The notes: generated by a model from the sequence alone, not told the origin. DNA of 64,000 nucleotides from an uncultured Acidobacteriota bacterium (GCA_963700145.1 OY969474.1:1792001-1856000); one strand, 5' to 3'; counted from the first letter of the stretch, positions 40,384 to 50,887 are shown. Translations and numbers: made by a program.

Positions 40384-41523
40384 ATGCCCTCCCTCCCACC
40401 CTTCACGCTCGGGATCGAGGAGGAGTTCCAGCTCATCGATCCGGAGAGCCGGGACCTACGCTCGCACGTCTACCAGCTCCTCGAGGACGGCAAGGAGATC
40501 CTCAAGGACCAGGTCAAGGCCGAGCTGCACCAGTCGATCGTCGAGGTGGGCACCGCGATCTGCCGCGACATCGACGAGGCGCGCTCCGAGGTCGTCCGCC
40601 TGCGCTCCGGCCTGGCGGCTCTGGCACGCAACCGCAGGCTCACCATCGCCGCCGCCGGCACCCATCCCTTCTCGCACTGGCAGGACCAGGAGATCACCGA
40701 CCTGCCGCGCTACCACGAGATCATCGAGGACATGCAGCAGGTGGCGCGCGCCAACCTGATCTTCGGTCTGCACGTCCACGTCGGGGTCGAGGACCGCGAG
40801 CTGGCGATCCAGATCATGAACACGGTGCGCTACTTCCTGCCGCACATCTACGCGCTGTCGACCAACTCCCCTTTCTGGGAAGGGCGGAACACCGGCTTCA
40901 GGTCCTACCGCAGCAAGATCTTCGACCGCTTCCCGCGCACCGGCATCCCCGACAACTTCCGCAGCCGCGGCGAGTACGACAGCTACCTGGCGCTGCTGAT
41001 CAAGACCGGCTGCATCGACAACGGCAAGAAGATCTGGTGGGACATCCGGCCGCACCCCTTCTTCGACACCCTGGAGTACCGCATCTGCGACGTGCCGATG
41101 CGGGTGGACGAGACGGTGGCGCTGGCGGCCCTGATGCAGGCGATCACCGCCAAGGTCGCCAAGCTGATCAAGCAGAACCTCGGCTTCCGCCTCTACCGGC
41201 GGCTGCTCATCAACGAGAACAAGTGGCGCGCCGCGCGCTACGGCATCTCCGGCAAGATGATCGACTTCGGGCGCCAGACGGAGGTCGACACGGTGGACCT
41301 GATCCACGAGCTGCTGGAGTTCGTGGACGACGTGGCGGACGAGCTGGGGAGCAGGAAAGAGCTCGCCTACATCGAGGAGATCCTGCGCGGCGGCACCGGC
41401 GCCGACCGCCAGCTCGCCACCTGGAACAACACCAACGACATGAAGGCGGTCGTCGACCACATCGTCTGGGAGACCCACCTCGGGCTCTCCCCCGGCGTGC
41501 TCGGCGCAGCGCAGCAGGCGTGA
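40384..41523 (+). CDS. Carboxylate-amine ligase, YbdK/GCS2 family
   Basis: TLGIEEEFQ, AGTHPF, GLHVHVG, NSPFW, WWDIRP, EYRICD. Confidence 0.92.
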   Translation: MPSLPPFTLGIEEEFQLIDPESRDLRSHVYQLLEDGKEILKDQVKAELHQSIVEVGTAICRDIDEARSEVVRLRSGLAALARNRRLTIAAAGTHPFSHWQDQEITDLPRYHEIIEDMQQVARANLIFGLHVHVGVEDRELAIQIMNTVRYFLPHIYALSTNSPFWEGRNTGFRSYRSKIFDRFPRTGIPDNFRSRGEYDSYLALLIKTGCIDNGKKIWWDIRPHPFFDTLEYRICDVPMRVDETVALAALMQAITAKVAKLIKQNLGFRLYRRLLINENKWRAARYGISGKMIDFGRQTEVDTVDLIHELLEFVDDVADELGSRKELAYIEEILRGGTGADRQLATWNNTNDMKAVVDHIVWETHLGLSPGVLGAAQQA

Positions 41524-41537
41524 GGAGGAGGGAACCG

Positions 41538-42548
41538 ATGCTGACGGCAGTGACGGCGGGCGCCGAGCTCGCCCCGGGGGCGCGCAACGCGATCCACACC
41601 TGCCTGCGCCTCCGGCCGGAGGAGCGGATCACCCTGATCACCGACCGCGAGTCGATCGAGATCGCGGCGGCGCTGGCGCAGGAGGTCGAGGCGGTGGGCG
41701 CCGCCTACACGCTGATCGTGCTCGAGGACCACGCGCCCCGCCCGCTCGCGGCGATGCCGGCGCCGGTCCTGACCGAGCTCGAGCGCTCGCAGGTCTCGGT
41801 CTACGCCGCCTCGGCGCTGCCCGGCGAGCTGCCGGCGCGCATCGCCATGACCGAGGTGATCAATCGCCGCGGCATCCGCCACGCCCACATGGTCAACATC
41901 GACCGGCAGATCATGCTGGAGGGGATGCGCGCCGATTACCTGGAGGTGGACGCGCTCTCGACCCGGCTCATCGTCAAGGCGCGGGGGGCGCGCGCGATCC
42001 GCGTCACCTCCCCCGGCGGCACCGACCTGACCGCCACCTTCTCGCCGCGCCTGCGCTGGATCAAGACCAGCGGCATCATCACCCCCGACAAGTGGGGCAA
42101 CCTCCCGGGGGGCGAGATCTTCACCTGCCCGGCGGGGGCCGAGGGGCGGTTCGTGGTGGACGGCGTCGTCGGCGACTACCTGTGCCGCAAGTACGGCGAC
42201 CTGCGGGCGACGCCGCTGGCGATCGAGGTCCGCGGCACGCGCATCGCCTCACTCGCCTGCGACGACCCCGAGCTCCTCGCCGAGTTCCGCGCCTACACCT
42301 CGACCGACCGGAACAGCGACCGCGTCGGCGAGTTCGCCATCGGCACCAACGTCGCGGTGCGCGACGTCATCGGCAACATCCTCCAGGACGAGAAGATCCC
42401 CAGCGTCCACATCGCCTTCGGCCACCCCTACGCCGAGCACACCGGCGCCGACTGGCTCTCCACCACCCACATCGACTGCGTGGCGCGCGAGTGCAGCATC
42501 GCGATCGACGGCGAGCCGGTGATGGAGCGGGGCCGGTTCCTGATCTGA
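41538..42548 (+). CDS. M29 (aminopeptidase T-like) metallopeptidase
   Basis: NLPGGEIFTCP, GEFAIGTN, LQDEK, HIAFG, THID; GGAGG RBS. Confidence 0.85.
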   Translation: MLTAVTAGAELAPGARNAIHTCLRLRPEERITLITDRESIEIAAALAQEVEAVGAAYTLIVLEDHAPRPLAAMPAPVLTELERSQVSVYAASALPGELPARIAMTEVINRRGIRHAHMVNIDRQIMLEGMRADYLEVDALSTRLIVKARGARAIRVTSPGGTDLTATFSPRLRWIKTSGIITPDKWGNLPGGEIFTCPAGAEGRFVVDGVVGDYLCRKYGDLRATPLAIEVRGTRIASLACDDPELLAEFRAYTSTDRNSDRVGEFAIGTNVAVRDVIGNILQDEKIPSVHIAFGHPYAEHTGADWLSTTHIDCVARECSIAIDGEPVMERGRFLI

Positions 42549-42565
42549 CCGCGGGCCGTTAGCCC

Positions 42566-43768
42566 ATGGACCCGGCGCTCCGCCGCGCCTTCAACGCCGC
42601 CTTCAGCGAGGAGAAGTACCGGGCCGTCGTGCGCCAGCTCGACGACGAGCTCGGCTTCCCCGTCCCGTTCCGGATCAGCGAGACGCCGATCTTCCTCACC
42701 CCCGAGCTGACGGCGGAGCTGGCGGCCGCCGCCGAGGAGATCGTCGCCGCCGTCACCGCGCCGGAGTACCTGGCCGCGGCCGAGCGCGCCGTGCCCCCGG
42801 AGCTGGCGGTCCCCGGCGCGGAGGGGCGGCCGCCCTTCGTGCAGGTGGACTTCGCGCTGGCCGAAGGCGAAGGCGGGCGGATCGAGCCGCGGCTCATCGA
42901 GCTCCAGGCCTTCCCCTCGCTCTACGCCTTCCAGTGGCTTCTCGACCGCATCTACCGCGAGCACTACGACATCGCGCCCGGGCTCGCCAGCTACTTCGAC
43001 GGCCTCGACCACGACGGCTACGCGGCGCGCCTGCGCGAGACGATCGTCGCCGACTGCGACCCCGAAGAGGTCGTGCTCCTCGAGATCGAGCCCGAGCGGC
43101 AGAAGACGCGGCCGGACTTCGCGGCCACCGAGCGTCTCCTCGGCGTGCGCAGCGTCGACGTGCGCGAGGTCGCCGAGCGCGGCGGCCGCCTCTCCTACCG
43201 GCGCGACGGCCGTGAGGTGCCGATCCGCCGCCTCTACAACCGGGTGATCTTCGACGAGCTGGTGCGCCGCGGCCTGCCGCGGGAGCCGCTCTTCACCGAG
43301 CCGCTGGACGTCGTCTGGGTGGGGCATCCCAACTGGTACTTCCGCATCAGCAAGTTCTCGCTCCCCTTCCTGCGCAGCCGCTACGCGCCGCGGGCGCACT
43401 TCGTCTCCGACCTCGCGGCGGCGCCGGACGACCTCGGCGACTACGTGCTGAAGCCGCTCTACTCCTTCGCCGGGCTGGGGGTGGAGCTGGACGTCACCCC
43501 CGAGCGCCTGGCCGCGCTGCCCCGCCCCGAGGAGTGGATCCTGCAGCGGAAGGTCGTCTACGCGCCGGCGATCGAGACCCCCGACGGCCCGGCCAAGGCG
43601 GAGGTGCGCATGATGTTCCTCGGCACGGATCGCCTGCGCCTGGTCAACAGCCTCGTGCGCATGAGCAAGGGCGCGATGATGGGCGTCGACTTCAACAAGG
43701 CCAAGACCTGGGTCGGCGCCAGCGTCGCCTACCACCCCGAGATCCCCGGCCCTAACCGTCAGCGGTAG
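42566..43768 (+). CDS. Circularly permuted ATP-grasp-like ligase (glutathionylspermidine-synthetase-like)
   Basis: VDF...LIELQ, LYNRV, YVLKPLYSFAG.GV, WILQRKV. Confidence 0.7.
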   Translation: MDPALRRAFNAAFSEEKYRAVVRQLDDELGFPVPFRISETPIFLTPELTAELAAAAEEIVAAVTAPEYLAAAERAVPPELAVPGAEGRPPFVQVDFALAEGEGGRIEPRLIELQAFPSLYAFQWLLDRIYREHYDIAPGLASYFDGLDHDGYAARLRETIVADCDPEEVVLLEIEPERQKTRPDFAATERLLGVRSVDVREVAERGGRLSYRRDGREVPIRRLYNRVIFDELVRRGLPREPLFTEPLDVVWVGHPNWYFRISKFSLPFLRSRYAPRAHFVSDLAAAPDDLGDYVLKPLYSFAGLGVELDVTPERLAALPRPEEWILQRKVVYAPAIETPDGPAKAEVRMMFLGTDRLRLVNSLVRMSKGAMMGVDFNKAKTWVGASVAYHPEIPGPNRQR

Positions 43769-44595
43769 AAGAACCGTAGCGCCTGCGGCAGGCGGCGGCG
43801 CCAGCTCGTCTCGCTGTGCGTTCCGCGGCTGTCGCAGCGCCAGAGCAGGCGGTCCGGACCGTAGCCGCGGCCCGCGAGCTGGTCGGCGAGGACGGCGGCG
43901 AGCGGCCGCAAAGTGCCGCGCCCCTCGCGGGCGCCGCAGTCGAGATAGATGCGCGACACCGGCGGATTCGGGCGGGCGGCGATCTCGTCGAGAATCGCGC
44001 CTTCGGCCACCCAGAGCGCCGGCGACATGGCGAGCGCGCCGCCGAAGGCCTCGGGGTGGCGGAAGTGCGCGTAGAGCGCGGCGAGGCCGCCCATCGAGGA
44101 GCCGCCGACGATCGTGCCGGCCAGCGAGGGGTGGAGCGGGTAGGCCGCGGCGAGCGCCGGCAGCAGGGTCCCCACCGTCCAGTCGAGCAGCAGGTCGAGC
44201 CGCCCGGGCTCGCCGCGCACCGGGAAGGGCGAGAGCTCGCCGATCCGCGCCGTGCCGCCGTGGTCGATGCCGGCGATGATCGGCGCCGGGCGCCGCGCCT
44301 TCGCGAGCTTCTCGACGGCGGCGTGCAGGCGCCAACCGCCGGCATACGAGGGCGTGTCGTCGAAGAGGTTCTGGCCGTCGAACATCAAGAGGAGGTGGCG
44401 CGTTTCTTCCGGTGTGAAGTCCCGCGGCAGGTAGAGGCGGAGGCGCCGCGGCGCCAGCCCCGGCACCGGGTACGGCCCGAGCACGTGGACCTCGCCCGGG
44501 CGTAAGCTCGCCAGCGCACCTGGATCGAGCGCGGCGAGGGCCGGCGGCTCGAGGGTCGGGGCGACAGCGTCTCCGACGGTTTCGACGTCGTTCAC
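43759..44595 (-). CDS. Putative esterase (alpha/beta hydrolase)
   Basis: FDGQNLF, GGSSMGG nucleophile elbow, IYLDCG, HSETSW. Confidence 0.88.
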   Translation of the reverse strand: MNDVETVGDAVAPTLEPPALAALDPGALASLRPGEVHVLGPYPVPGLAPRRLRLYLPRDFTPEETRHLLLMFDGQNLFDDTPSYAGGWRLHAAVEKLAKARRPAPIIAGIDHGGTARIGELSPFPVRGEPGRLDLLLDWTVGTLLPALAAAYPLHPSLAGTIVGGSSMGGLAALYAHFRHPEAFGGALAMSPALWVAEGAILDEIAARPNPPVSRIYLDCGAREGRGTLRPLAAVLADQLAGRGYGPDRLLWRCDSRGTHSETSWRRRLPQALRFFYR

Positions 44596-44632
44596 GCCCG
44601 GAATCATAGCGGCCGCCCGTGCGGCGCAGCGG

Positions 44633-45529
44633 TCAGGCGGCGGCCGCGCGCGTGCCCGCCGCGTCCAGGAACTCGACCACTTCGGCCACGACACGCGCGT
44701 CGCGCAGCAGCCGCCGGTGCCCGAGGCCTTCGACGCGGACGAAGCGCGAGCCCGGCCACGCCGCGGCGACCCGGCGGCCGTGCTCGAAGGGGACGTCGAG
44801 GTCGCCGGCGTCGTGGACGACCAGCACCGGCAGGTCGAGGTCGCGCGCCACGCGCGGCACGCTCCACTCCTCCCAGGTGCCGCCGATCTCGGCGCGGATG
44901 AGCTCCACCACCCGCGCCGCCCGCGCGCCGCGGAAGCCCAAGGAGTGGGCCACGATCCAGGCGAACTCCAGCGGCTCGGCGCCCGGCGCCAGCAGCGCCA
45001 CGGCGTCGGCGGCGAGCCCCTGGCGCAGGGCGTAGACGGTGGCGGCACCGCCCAGCGAGTGGGCGACGATCCCGGCCGGCGGTCCGGTCAGCTCGGCGAC
45101 GGCGCGGATCGCGGCGGCGAAGTCGAGGGCGGTGGCGCGGCGGCCGGTCGAGGCGCCGTGCGCCGGCATGTCGAAGGCGACGGCGCGGAAGCCGGCGGCG
45201 ACGAGCCCCGGCACGAAGCCGGCGAGCTGCGCCGCCTGCCCTTCCCAGCCGTGGACGAGCAGCACCGGCCGCCCTTCGCCCCAGCTCCAGCCGGCCAGTT
45301 GCTGGCCGGCGGCGGCGAGGCTCCACGAGCGGCGGGCGAGGCCCGGCACCTCGGGCGCTGCGGGTCGGCCCAGCCGGCGCGGGGTGAAGAACTGGCGCGC
45401 GGCCCAGCGCTCGGCGGCGGCCGGCGCAACCGCCGAGGCGGCGCGCAGACCGGCGCGCACGACGCGGAGCGCGAGCGGCGCGGGACGAACGGTCGTGCTT
45501 TTCTTGGACGTACCGGCGGCGGCGGACAT
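44633..45529 (-). CDS. Alpha/beta hydrolase
   Basis: VHGWEG, DMPAHG, AHSLGG, HDAGD, GLGHRR. Confidence 0.9.
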   Translation of the reverse strand: MSAAAGTSKKSTTVRPAPLALRVVRAGLRAASAVAPAAAERWAARQFFTPRRLGRPAAPEVPGLARRSWSLAAAGQQLAGWSWGEGRPVLLVHGWEGQAAQLAGFVPGLVAAGFRAVAFDMPAHGASTGRRATALDFAAAIRAVAELTGPPAGIVAHSLGGAATVYALRQGLAADAVALLAPGAEPLEFAWIVAHSLGFRGARAARVVELIRAEIGGTWEEWSVPRVARDLDLPVLVVHDAGDLDVPFEHGRRVAAAWPGSRFVRVEGLGHRRLLRDARVVAEVVEFLDAAGTRAAAA

Positions 45530-45545
45530 GGCTCTCTCCTCTCTC

Positions 45546-46133
45546 TCAGGGTCGGACGGAAGCGACGAGGCGGTCGTAGGCGGCGCGGGCGCGCCGCGGC
45601 GCCTGCGGGTCCTGGAGCAGACGCTTGGCGTTGTGGTAGCCGAGGATGATGCCGTAGAGCTCGAAAGCGAACTGGCGGGGATCGAGGTCGGAGCGGAAGT
45701 GCCCCTCCTCCACCGCCAGCCGCGCCGCCTTGGCGAGGGTGTCGAACCAGTCGCGCTTCGCCCCCACCAGGAACTCGCGCTGCGGGCCAGGGCGGTCGTC
45801 AAACTCGACCTCGGCGGCGATCAGGACGCAGCCCCCCGGCATCCCGCCGGCGTCCCAGTCGAGCCAGCGCTCGAAGAAGGCGCGGATGCGGGGCTCGCCG
45901 CGCGGCGCCGCGAGGCCGGGGCGCACGACGACGTCCTTGAACCGCTCGACCGCCGCCTGCAGCACCTGGAGCTGCAGCTCCTCTTTCGAGCCGAAGTGGG
46001 CGAAGAGGCCGCTCTTCGAGAGGCCCAGCTCGGTCGCCAGGCCGCCGATCGAGAGGCCGTCCAGGCCGTCGCGGCTCGCCAGGCGCACCGCCTGGTCGAC
46101 GATGCGCTCCTTGGTCTCGGCGCCCCTACCCAT
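45546..46133 (-). CDS. TetR/AcrR-family regulator
   Basis: LSIGGLA...LSKSGLFAHFGSKEEL HTH; GGC motif. Confidence 0.93.
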   Translation of the reverse strand: MGRGAETKERIVDQAVRLASRDGLDGLSIGGLATELGLSKSGLFAHFGSKEELQLQVLQAAVERFKDVVVRPGLAAPRGEPRIRAFFERWLDWDAGGMPGGCVLIAAEVEFDDRPGPQREFLVGAKRDWFDTLAKAARLAVEEGHFRSDLDPRQFAFELYGIILGYHNAKRLLQDPQAPRRARAAYDRLVASVRP

Positions 46134-46139
46134 GCGGAA

Positions 46140-46169
46140 ATAGTACGACCGTTCGTTTTTCGCTGTCAA
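46140..46169 (-). promoter_or_regulatory. tetR promoter with overlapping palindromic operator
   Basis: TTGACA-18 bp-TACTAT, 6 nt before ATG; the spacer holds ACGAACGGTCGT. Confidence 0.75.
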
Positions 46170-46966
46170 GCCGGCAGCGCGGCGACCCGCTCCAGGAGCT
46201 CCCGCACCTCGCCCGGATCGTGGAGGGAGTAGGCCGCGGCGGTCGGGCGCGGGTGGTCGGCGACCAGGATGCCGACGCCGGTCTCCGCCACGGCGCGGAA
46301 AGCGTCCTCGTCGGTGAGGTCATCGCCGACGTAGAGCGGCACGCCGCGCCCGCCTTCGAGGCCCCAGGCGGTGAGGAGCCAGCGCAGCGCCTCCCCCTTG
46401 TCCCAGGCGACCGCCGGCCGTAGCTCCCAGACCTTCTTGCCCGCCGCCTTGCGCAGCACCGGGTGCGCGTCAGCCGCGCGGTCGACCGCGGCCTCGATCG
46501 CCGCCAGGTCTTCCGGCCGCGCCAGCCGCCAGTGGACGGCCACGCTGAAGCGCTTCGGCTCGACCAGCACGCCCGGGAACCCGCGGAGCGCGCGCTCCAG
46601 CTCCGCCGCCGCGGCGCCGATCTCCGCCGGCGTCCCCTCCCCCACCTCGTGCCGCAGCTCCCGTCCCGGCCCGCCGCCCGCGATGTCGAAGCCGTGGCTG
46701 CCGGCGTAGACGATCTCCGGCAGCCGGACGAGCGCCGCCACGTCCTCTCGCCCGCGCCCGGAGAGCACCGCCAACGGAAAGCGCCGCGCCAAGCGCGCGA
46801 GGAGGTCGCGCACCCCGCCGTCGAGCACCGCCAGCTCGGGGCGGGCGACGATCGGCGTCAGCGTGCCGTCGTAGTCGAGGAAGAGGACCGGCCGACCGGC
46901 GCGCAGCCGCCGCTCGATCTCCGGCCACCGCTCGAGGGCCGAGGGGGGCAGCGCCGCGGCGCCCAC
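46166..46966 (-). CDS. otsB: Trehalose-6-phosphate phosphatase
   Basis: FLDYDGTL, SGR, GSHG, ELRP...DKG, GDDLTDEDAF. Confidence 0.95.
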   Translation of the reverse strand: MGAAALPPSALERWPEIERRLRAGRPVLFLDYDGTLTPIVARPELAVLDGGVRDLLARLARRFPLAVLSGRGREDVAALVRLPEIVYAGSHGFDIAGGGPGRELRHEVGEGTPAEIGAAAAELERALRGFPGVLVEPKRFSVAVHWRLARPEDLAAIEAAVDRAADAHPVLRKAAGKKVWELRPAVAWDKGEALRWLLTAWGLEGGRGVPLYVGDDLTDEDAFRAVAETGVGILVADHPRPTAAAYSLHDPGEVRELLERVAALPA

Positions 46967-46967
46967 C

Positions 46968-48470
46968 TCAGAGCTCGATCCAGGCGTCTTCGAGGTCGAG
47001 TTGCGGGAAGTACTCCTTGGGGGTGCGGAAGTCGTCCGGCGCCTCGCCGAGCGCCGTCTTCAAGTAGACGTCCACCCACCAGAAGATGTCCTGCTGGCGC
47101 AGGATCTCCTGCATCGCGCGCATCCGCCGCAGCCGCTCCTCGGCCGGCAGGTAGAGCGCGTAGTGCAGGGCGTCGGCCATCCCTTCGATGTCGTGCGGGT
47201 TGACCAGCAGGGCCCCGACCTGGAGCTGCGCCGCCGCGCCGGCGAACTCCGAGAGCACCAGCGCGCCGTGGCCGTCCACCTGGCAGGCGCAGAACTCCTT
47301 GGCCACCAGGTTCATGCCGTCCTTGAGCGAGGTGACGAAGCCGACCCGCGCCATGCGGTAGAGCGCCACCAGGTCGCGGCGCGGCAGGTGGCGGTAGTAG
47401 TAGTGCACCGGCACCCAGCCGGCGGTCGAGAACTCGCCGTTGATCTCGCCCACCAAGCGCTCGACCTTCGCCTTCAGCGCCTGGTACTCGGCCACCCCCT
47501 CGCGGCTCGGCACCACGAACTGCATCAGCCGCGCCTTCTCGCGCAGGTCGGGGTAGCGCTCGAGGGCGTTGCGGAAGGCGAGGAGCCTCTCGGGGAGCCC
47601 CTTGGTGTAGTCGAGTCGGTCCACCCCGACGACCAGGTCGTACGGGCCGATCCGCCGCCGCAGGTCCTCCATCCGCCGCTCGACCTCGTCGGAGAGCGCG
47701 GCCTCCTCGAAGGAGGCGTAGTCGATGCCGATGGGGAAGGCGCCGACGCGCACCGTTCGCTCCCCCACCTTCACCTTGTCGGCGGCGCCGCCGTGGACGG
47801 TGCGCACCTCGGGCAGCAGGTGCTTCAAGCAGGTCATGAAGTTCCGCTTGTCGCGCGGCGTCTGGAAGCCGAGGAGGTCGTAGGCGAGCATGGCCGCGAG
47901 GACCTGGCCGCGCCAGGGGAGCTTCAGGAAGATGTCGAGCGGGGGGAAGGGGATGTGGAGGAAGAAGCCGATGCGCCGCGCCGCGGCCTGCGGGCGAAGG
48001 AACTCGGCGACGTGGATCAATTGGTAGTCCTGCACCCAGATGAAGTCGTCGGGCAGCCCGTGCTCGACCACCGCGTCGGCGAACTTGCGGTTGACCTCGA
48101 GGTAGGCGTACCAGTAGGCCGGGTCGAAATCGCAGGAGCCGGTCAAGTCGTGGAAGAGGGGCCAGATCACGGCGTTGGAGAAGCCCTCGTAGAAGAGCTT
48201 GACCTCGCGCTCAGAGAGCAGGATCGGTTCGAGCTCGTAACCGCGCTCGCGGAAGCCCTCGGCCATGAGCTGCTCCCACTCGCCGCCCTTCTCCAGCGCC
48301 ATCCCCGGCCAGCCGATCCAGACGCCGCCGCGGTGGGAGAGCACCGGCGCCAGGGCGTTGATCAGGCCGCCCGAGCCCGGCTTGAGCGACCAGCCGGTCT
48401 CGGTCTTTTCGAGCACCACGGGAAGGCGGTTGGAGACGACGAGGAGACGGCGAGAGAGGGGAGGGCTCAA
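46968..48470 (-). CDS. otsA: Trehalose-6-phosphate synthase
   Basis: [44 protein letters not shown]. Confidence 0.96.
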   Translation of the reverse strand: MSPPLSRRLLVVSNRLPVVLEKTETGWSLKPGSGGLINALAPVLSHRGGVWIGWPGMALEKGGEWEQLMAEGFRERGYELEPILLSEREVKLFYEGFSNAVIWPLFHDLTGSCDFDPAYWYAYLEVNRKFADAVVEHGLPDDFIWVQDYQLIHVAEFLRPQAAARRIGFFLHIPFPPLDIFLKLPWRGQVLAAMLAYDLLGFQTPRDKRNFMTCLKHLLPEVRTVHGGAADKVKVGERTVRVGAFPIGIDYASFEEAALSDEVERRMEDLRRRIGPYDLVVGVDRLDYTKGLPERLLAFRNALERYPDLREKARLMQFVVPSREGVAEYQALKAKVERLVGEINGEFSTAGWVPVHYYYRHLPRRDLVALYRMARVGFVTSLKDGMNLVAKEFCACQVDGHGALVLSEFAGAAAQLQVGALLVNPHDIEGMADALHYALYLPAEERLRRMRAMQEILRQQDIFWWVDVYLKTALGEAPDDFRTPKEYFPQLDLEDAWIEL

Positions 48471-48525
48471 GCGAACGGCATTGTAGCCCTCGCGCCGAGC
48501 CGCGGGGTGCTACGATCGGGCGCAA

Positions 48526-50835
48526 ATGGGACGTAATCTAGCCGCCGCAGCGCTCCCGGACACCGCCGCCGCGCCCGGCACGCTCGGTTGGCTCGTCGAC
48601 GAGCTCCGCCACGACCCGCGGCTGGGACCCCAGCTCGTCCACGCGGCGCACCTGCCCGGCTCGGCGGCCCGCTTCGCGCCGCTCGCGCCGCCGCTGCCGC
48701 CGCGGCTCGCGCAGGCCCTCGCCGGCGCCGGCGTGCCGGGGCTCTGGACGCACCAGGCGGAGGCCCTCGCCGCCGTCCGCCGCGGCGAGGACGTCCTCGT
48801 CACCACCCCCACCGCCTCCGGCAAGTCGCTCGTCTTCCAGGTGCCGCCGCTCGAAGAGGCGCTCGCCGGCGGTCCCGGCCGCGCTCTCTTCCTCTTCCCG
48901 CTGAAGGCGCTCGGCCAGGACCAGCGCGGCAAGTTCCTGCGCCTCGCCGCCGCCTGCGGCCTCGACGAGGAGGCGGCGGGCTGCGCCATCTACGACGGCG
49001 ACACGCCGCGCGGCGAGCGCAACGCGATCAAGCGGCGCTTCCCGCGCGTCGTCGTCACCAACCCCGACATGCTGCACTTGGGCATTCTTGGCGCCTGGAC
49101 CGGCTGGGGGCCCTTCTTCGCCGACCTGCGCTGGATCGTCCTCGACGAGCTACATACCTACCGCGGCATCTTCGGCAGCCACTTCCACCACGTGCTGCGG
49201 CGCCTCCTCCGCCTCTGCCACGCGGTCGGCGGCGATCCGGTGCTCGTCGCCTCCTCGGCCACCGCCGCCAACGCCGGCGACTTCGCCGCCGAGCTGGCCG
49301 GCCGCCCCTTCCACTGGATCGCGGAGTCCGGGGCGCCGCGCGAGGGGCGCCACCTCCTCCTCTTCCGCCCGGCGGCGAGCCCCTACACGCTGGTCCTCGA
49401 GCTCTTCGCGCGCCTGCTCGCGGCGGGGCTCAAGACCATCGTCTTCACCAAGGCGCGGCGGATCACCGAGCTGCTCTACTCCTGGCTGCGCGCGCAGTCG
49501 CCGGAGCTCGCCGCGCGCGTCGCCAACTACCGCGCCGGCTTCCTGCCGGAAGAGCGGCGGCGGATCGAGGGCGACCTCTTCGCGGGGCGGATCGACGGCG
49601 TCATCTCGACCTCGGCCCTGGAGATGGGGATCGACGTCGGCGGTCTCGACGCCTGCATCCTGGTCGGCTATCCGGGCAGCGTCATGGCGCTCTGGCAGCG
49701 CTCCGGGCGGGTGGGGCGGGCGGACCGCGAATCGCTGACCGCGCTCGTCGCTCTCCCCGACGCCCTCGACCAGTTCTTCCTCGATCATCCCGACGCGCTC
49801 CTGGGCCGCCCGTGCGAAAGGCTGATCGTCGATCCCGGCAACGACCTCGTGGCGCGCTCGCACCTCGTCTGCGCCGCCTCCGAGCTGCCGCTCGATCCCG
49901 CCGGCGCTCCCGACGACCGCGCCTGGCTGGCGCGCCACGCGCCGGTGGTGAGCGAGCTGGTCGGCCGCGGCGAGCTGCTGGAGCGCGGCGACGGCGGCGA
50001 GCTCTACGCCCTCCGCCGCCGGCCGCAGCGCGGAGTCGAGCTGCGCGGCGCCGGCATGCCCTACGACATCCTCGACGCGCGCGACGCGCGGCCGATCGGC
50101 ACGGTGAACGGCGTGCGCGTCCTCCACGAGTGCCACCCCGGGGCGGTCTACCTCCACGCCGGGCGGCAGTACCTGGTCGAGGAGCTGGACCCCGACGGCC
50201 GCCGCGTGGTCGCCGCGCCCGTCGAGCTCGACTGGTTCACCACGCCCCTGACCGAGAAGGAGACCGAGGTGCTGGAGATCCTCGCCGAGCGGCGCGACGG
50301 CCGGCTCGCCGCCCGCCTCGGGCGCCTGGAGGTCACCGAGCGCGTCGTCGGCTACGAGCGCAAGCGGGTGCACGGCCAGGAGGTGCTGGACCAACACCCA
50401 CTGGAGCTGCCGCCGATCGTCTTCGAGACGGTGGGTCTCTGGTGGGAGGCGCCGCGGCCGGTCGAGGAGGCGCTGCGGCGGGCCGGGGAGCACTGGGGCG
50501 GCTCGCTACACGCCGCGGAGCACGCGGCGATCTCGCTCCTGCCGCTTGTCGCCCTCTGCGACCGCGGCGACGTCGGCGGCATGTCCTTTCCCTACCACCC
50601 GCAGGTCGGCTGCGGCGCCGTCTTCCTCTACGACGGCCACCCGGGCGGCATCGGCATCGCGGCGCGCGCCTTCGCCGACCTGCCGGGGCTGCTCGGACGG
50701 GTGCTTTTGCTCCTCGACTCGTGTCCCTGCGACGCCGGGTGCCCTTCCTGCGTGCAGTCCCCGAAGTGCGGCAACGGCAACCGCCCGCTCGACAAAGGGG
50801 GCGCGGCGCACGTCCTGCGTCTCCTGCTCGGCTGA
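48526..50835 (+). CDS. DEAD/DEAH helicase with C-terminal DUF1998 (MrfA/SftH-like)
   Basis: TASGKS, DELH, SAT, QRSGRVGR, C-terminal CPCDAGCPSC. Confidence 0.92.
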   Translation: MGRNLAAAALPDTAAAPGTLGWLVDELRHDPRLGPQLVHAAHLPGSAARFAPLAPPLPPRLAQALAGAGVPGLWTHQAEALAAVRRGEDVLVTTPTASGKSLVFQVPPLEEALAGGPGRALFLFPLKALGQDQRGKFLRLAAACGLDEEAAGCAIYDGDTPRGERNAIKRRFPRVVVTNPDMLHLGILGAWTGWGPFFADLRWIVLDELHTYRGIFGSHFHHVLRRLLRLCHAVGGDPVLVASSATAANAGDFAAELAGRPFHWIAESGAPREGRHLLLFRPAASPYTLVLELFARLLAAGLKTIVFTKARRITELLYSWLRAQSPELAARVANYRAGFLPEERRRIEGDLFAGRIDGVISTSALEMGIDVGGLDACILVGYPGSVMALWQRSGRVGRADRESLTALVALPDALDQFFLDHPDALLGRPCERLIVDPGNDLVARSHLVCAASELPLDPAGAPDDRAWLARHAPVVSELVGRGELLERGDGGELYALRRRPQRGVELRGAGMPYDILDARDARPIGTVNGVRVLHECHPGAVYLHAGRQYLVEELDPDGRRVVAAPVELDWFTTPLTEKETEVLEILAERRDGRLAARLGRLEVTERVVGYERKRVHGQEVLDQHPLELPPIVFETVGLWWEAPRPVEEALRRAGEHWGGSLHAAEHAAISLLPLVALCDRGDVGGMSFPYHPQVGCGAVFLYDGHPGGIGIAARAFADLPGLLGRVLLLLDSCPCDAGCPSCVQSPKCGNGNRPLDKGGAAHVLRLLLG

Positions 50836-50846
50836 AGCGGCCTTTT

Positions 50847-50861
50847 CGGCACAGAAATTGA
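50847..50861 (+). promoter_or_regulatory. Sigma54-like promoter
   Basis: CGGCACAGAAATTGA upstream of the GGAGG RBS and ATG 50888. Confidence 0.5.
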
Positions 50862-50887
50862 AGGGTTACTAGTCGGGGAGGTGTCCC

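Noticed and set aside
48526-50835. DISARM or Druantia defence system based on the DUF1998 helicase
   Set aside because: A single fused helicase with no methylase, DrmB/C/D or other defence partners; it fits a MrfA/SftH-like repair helicase.
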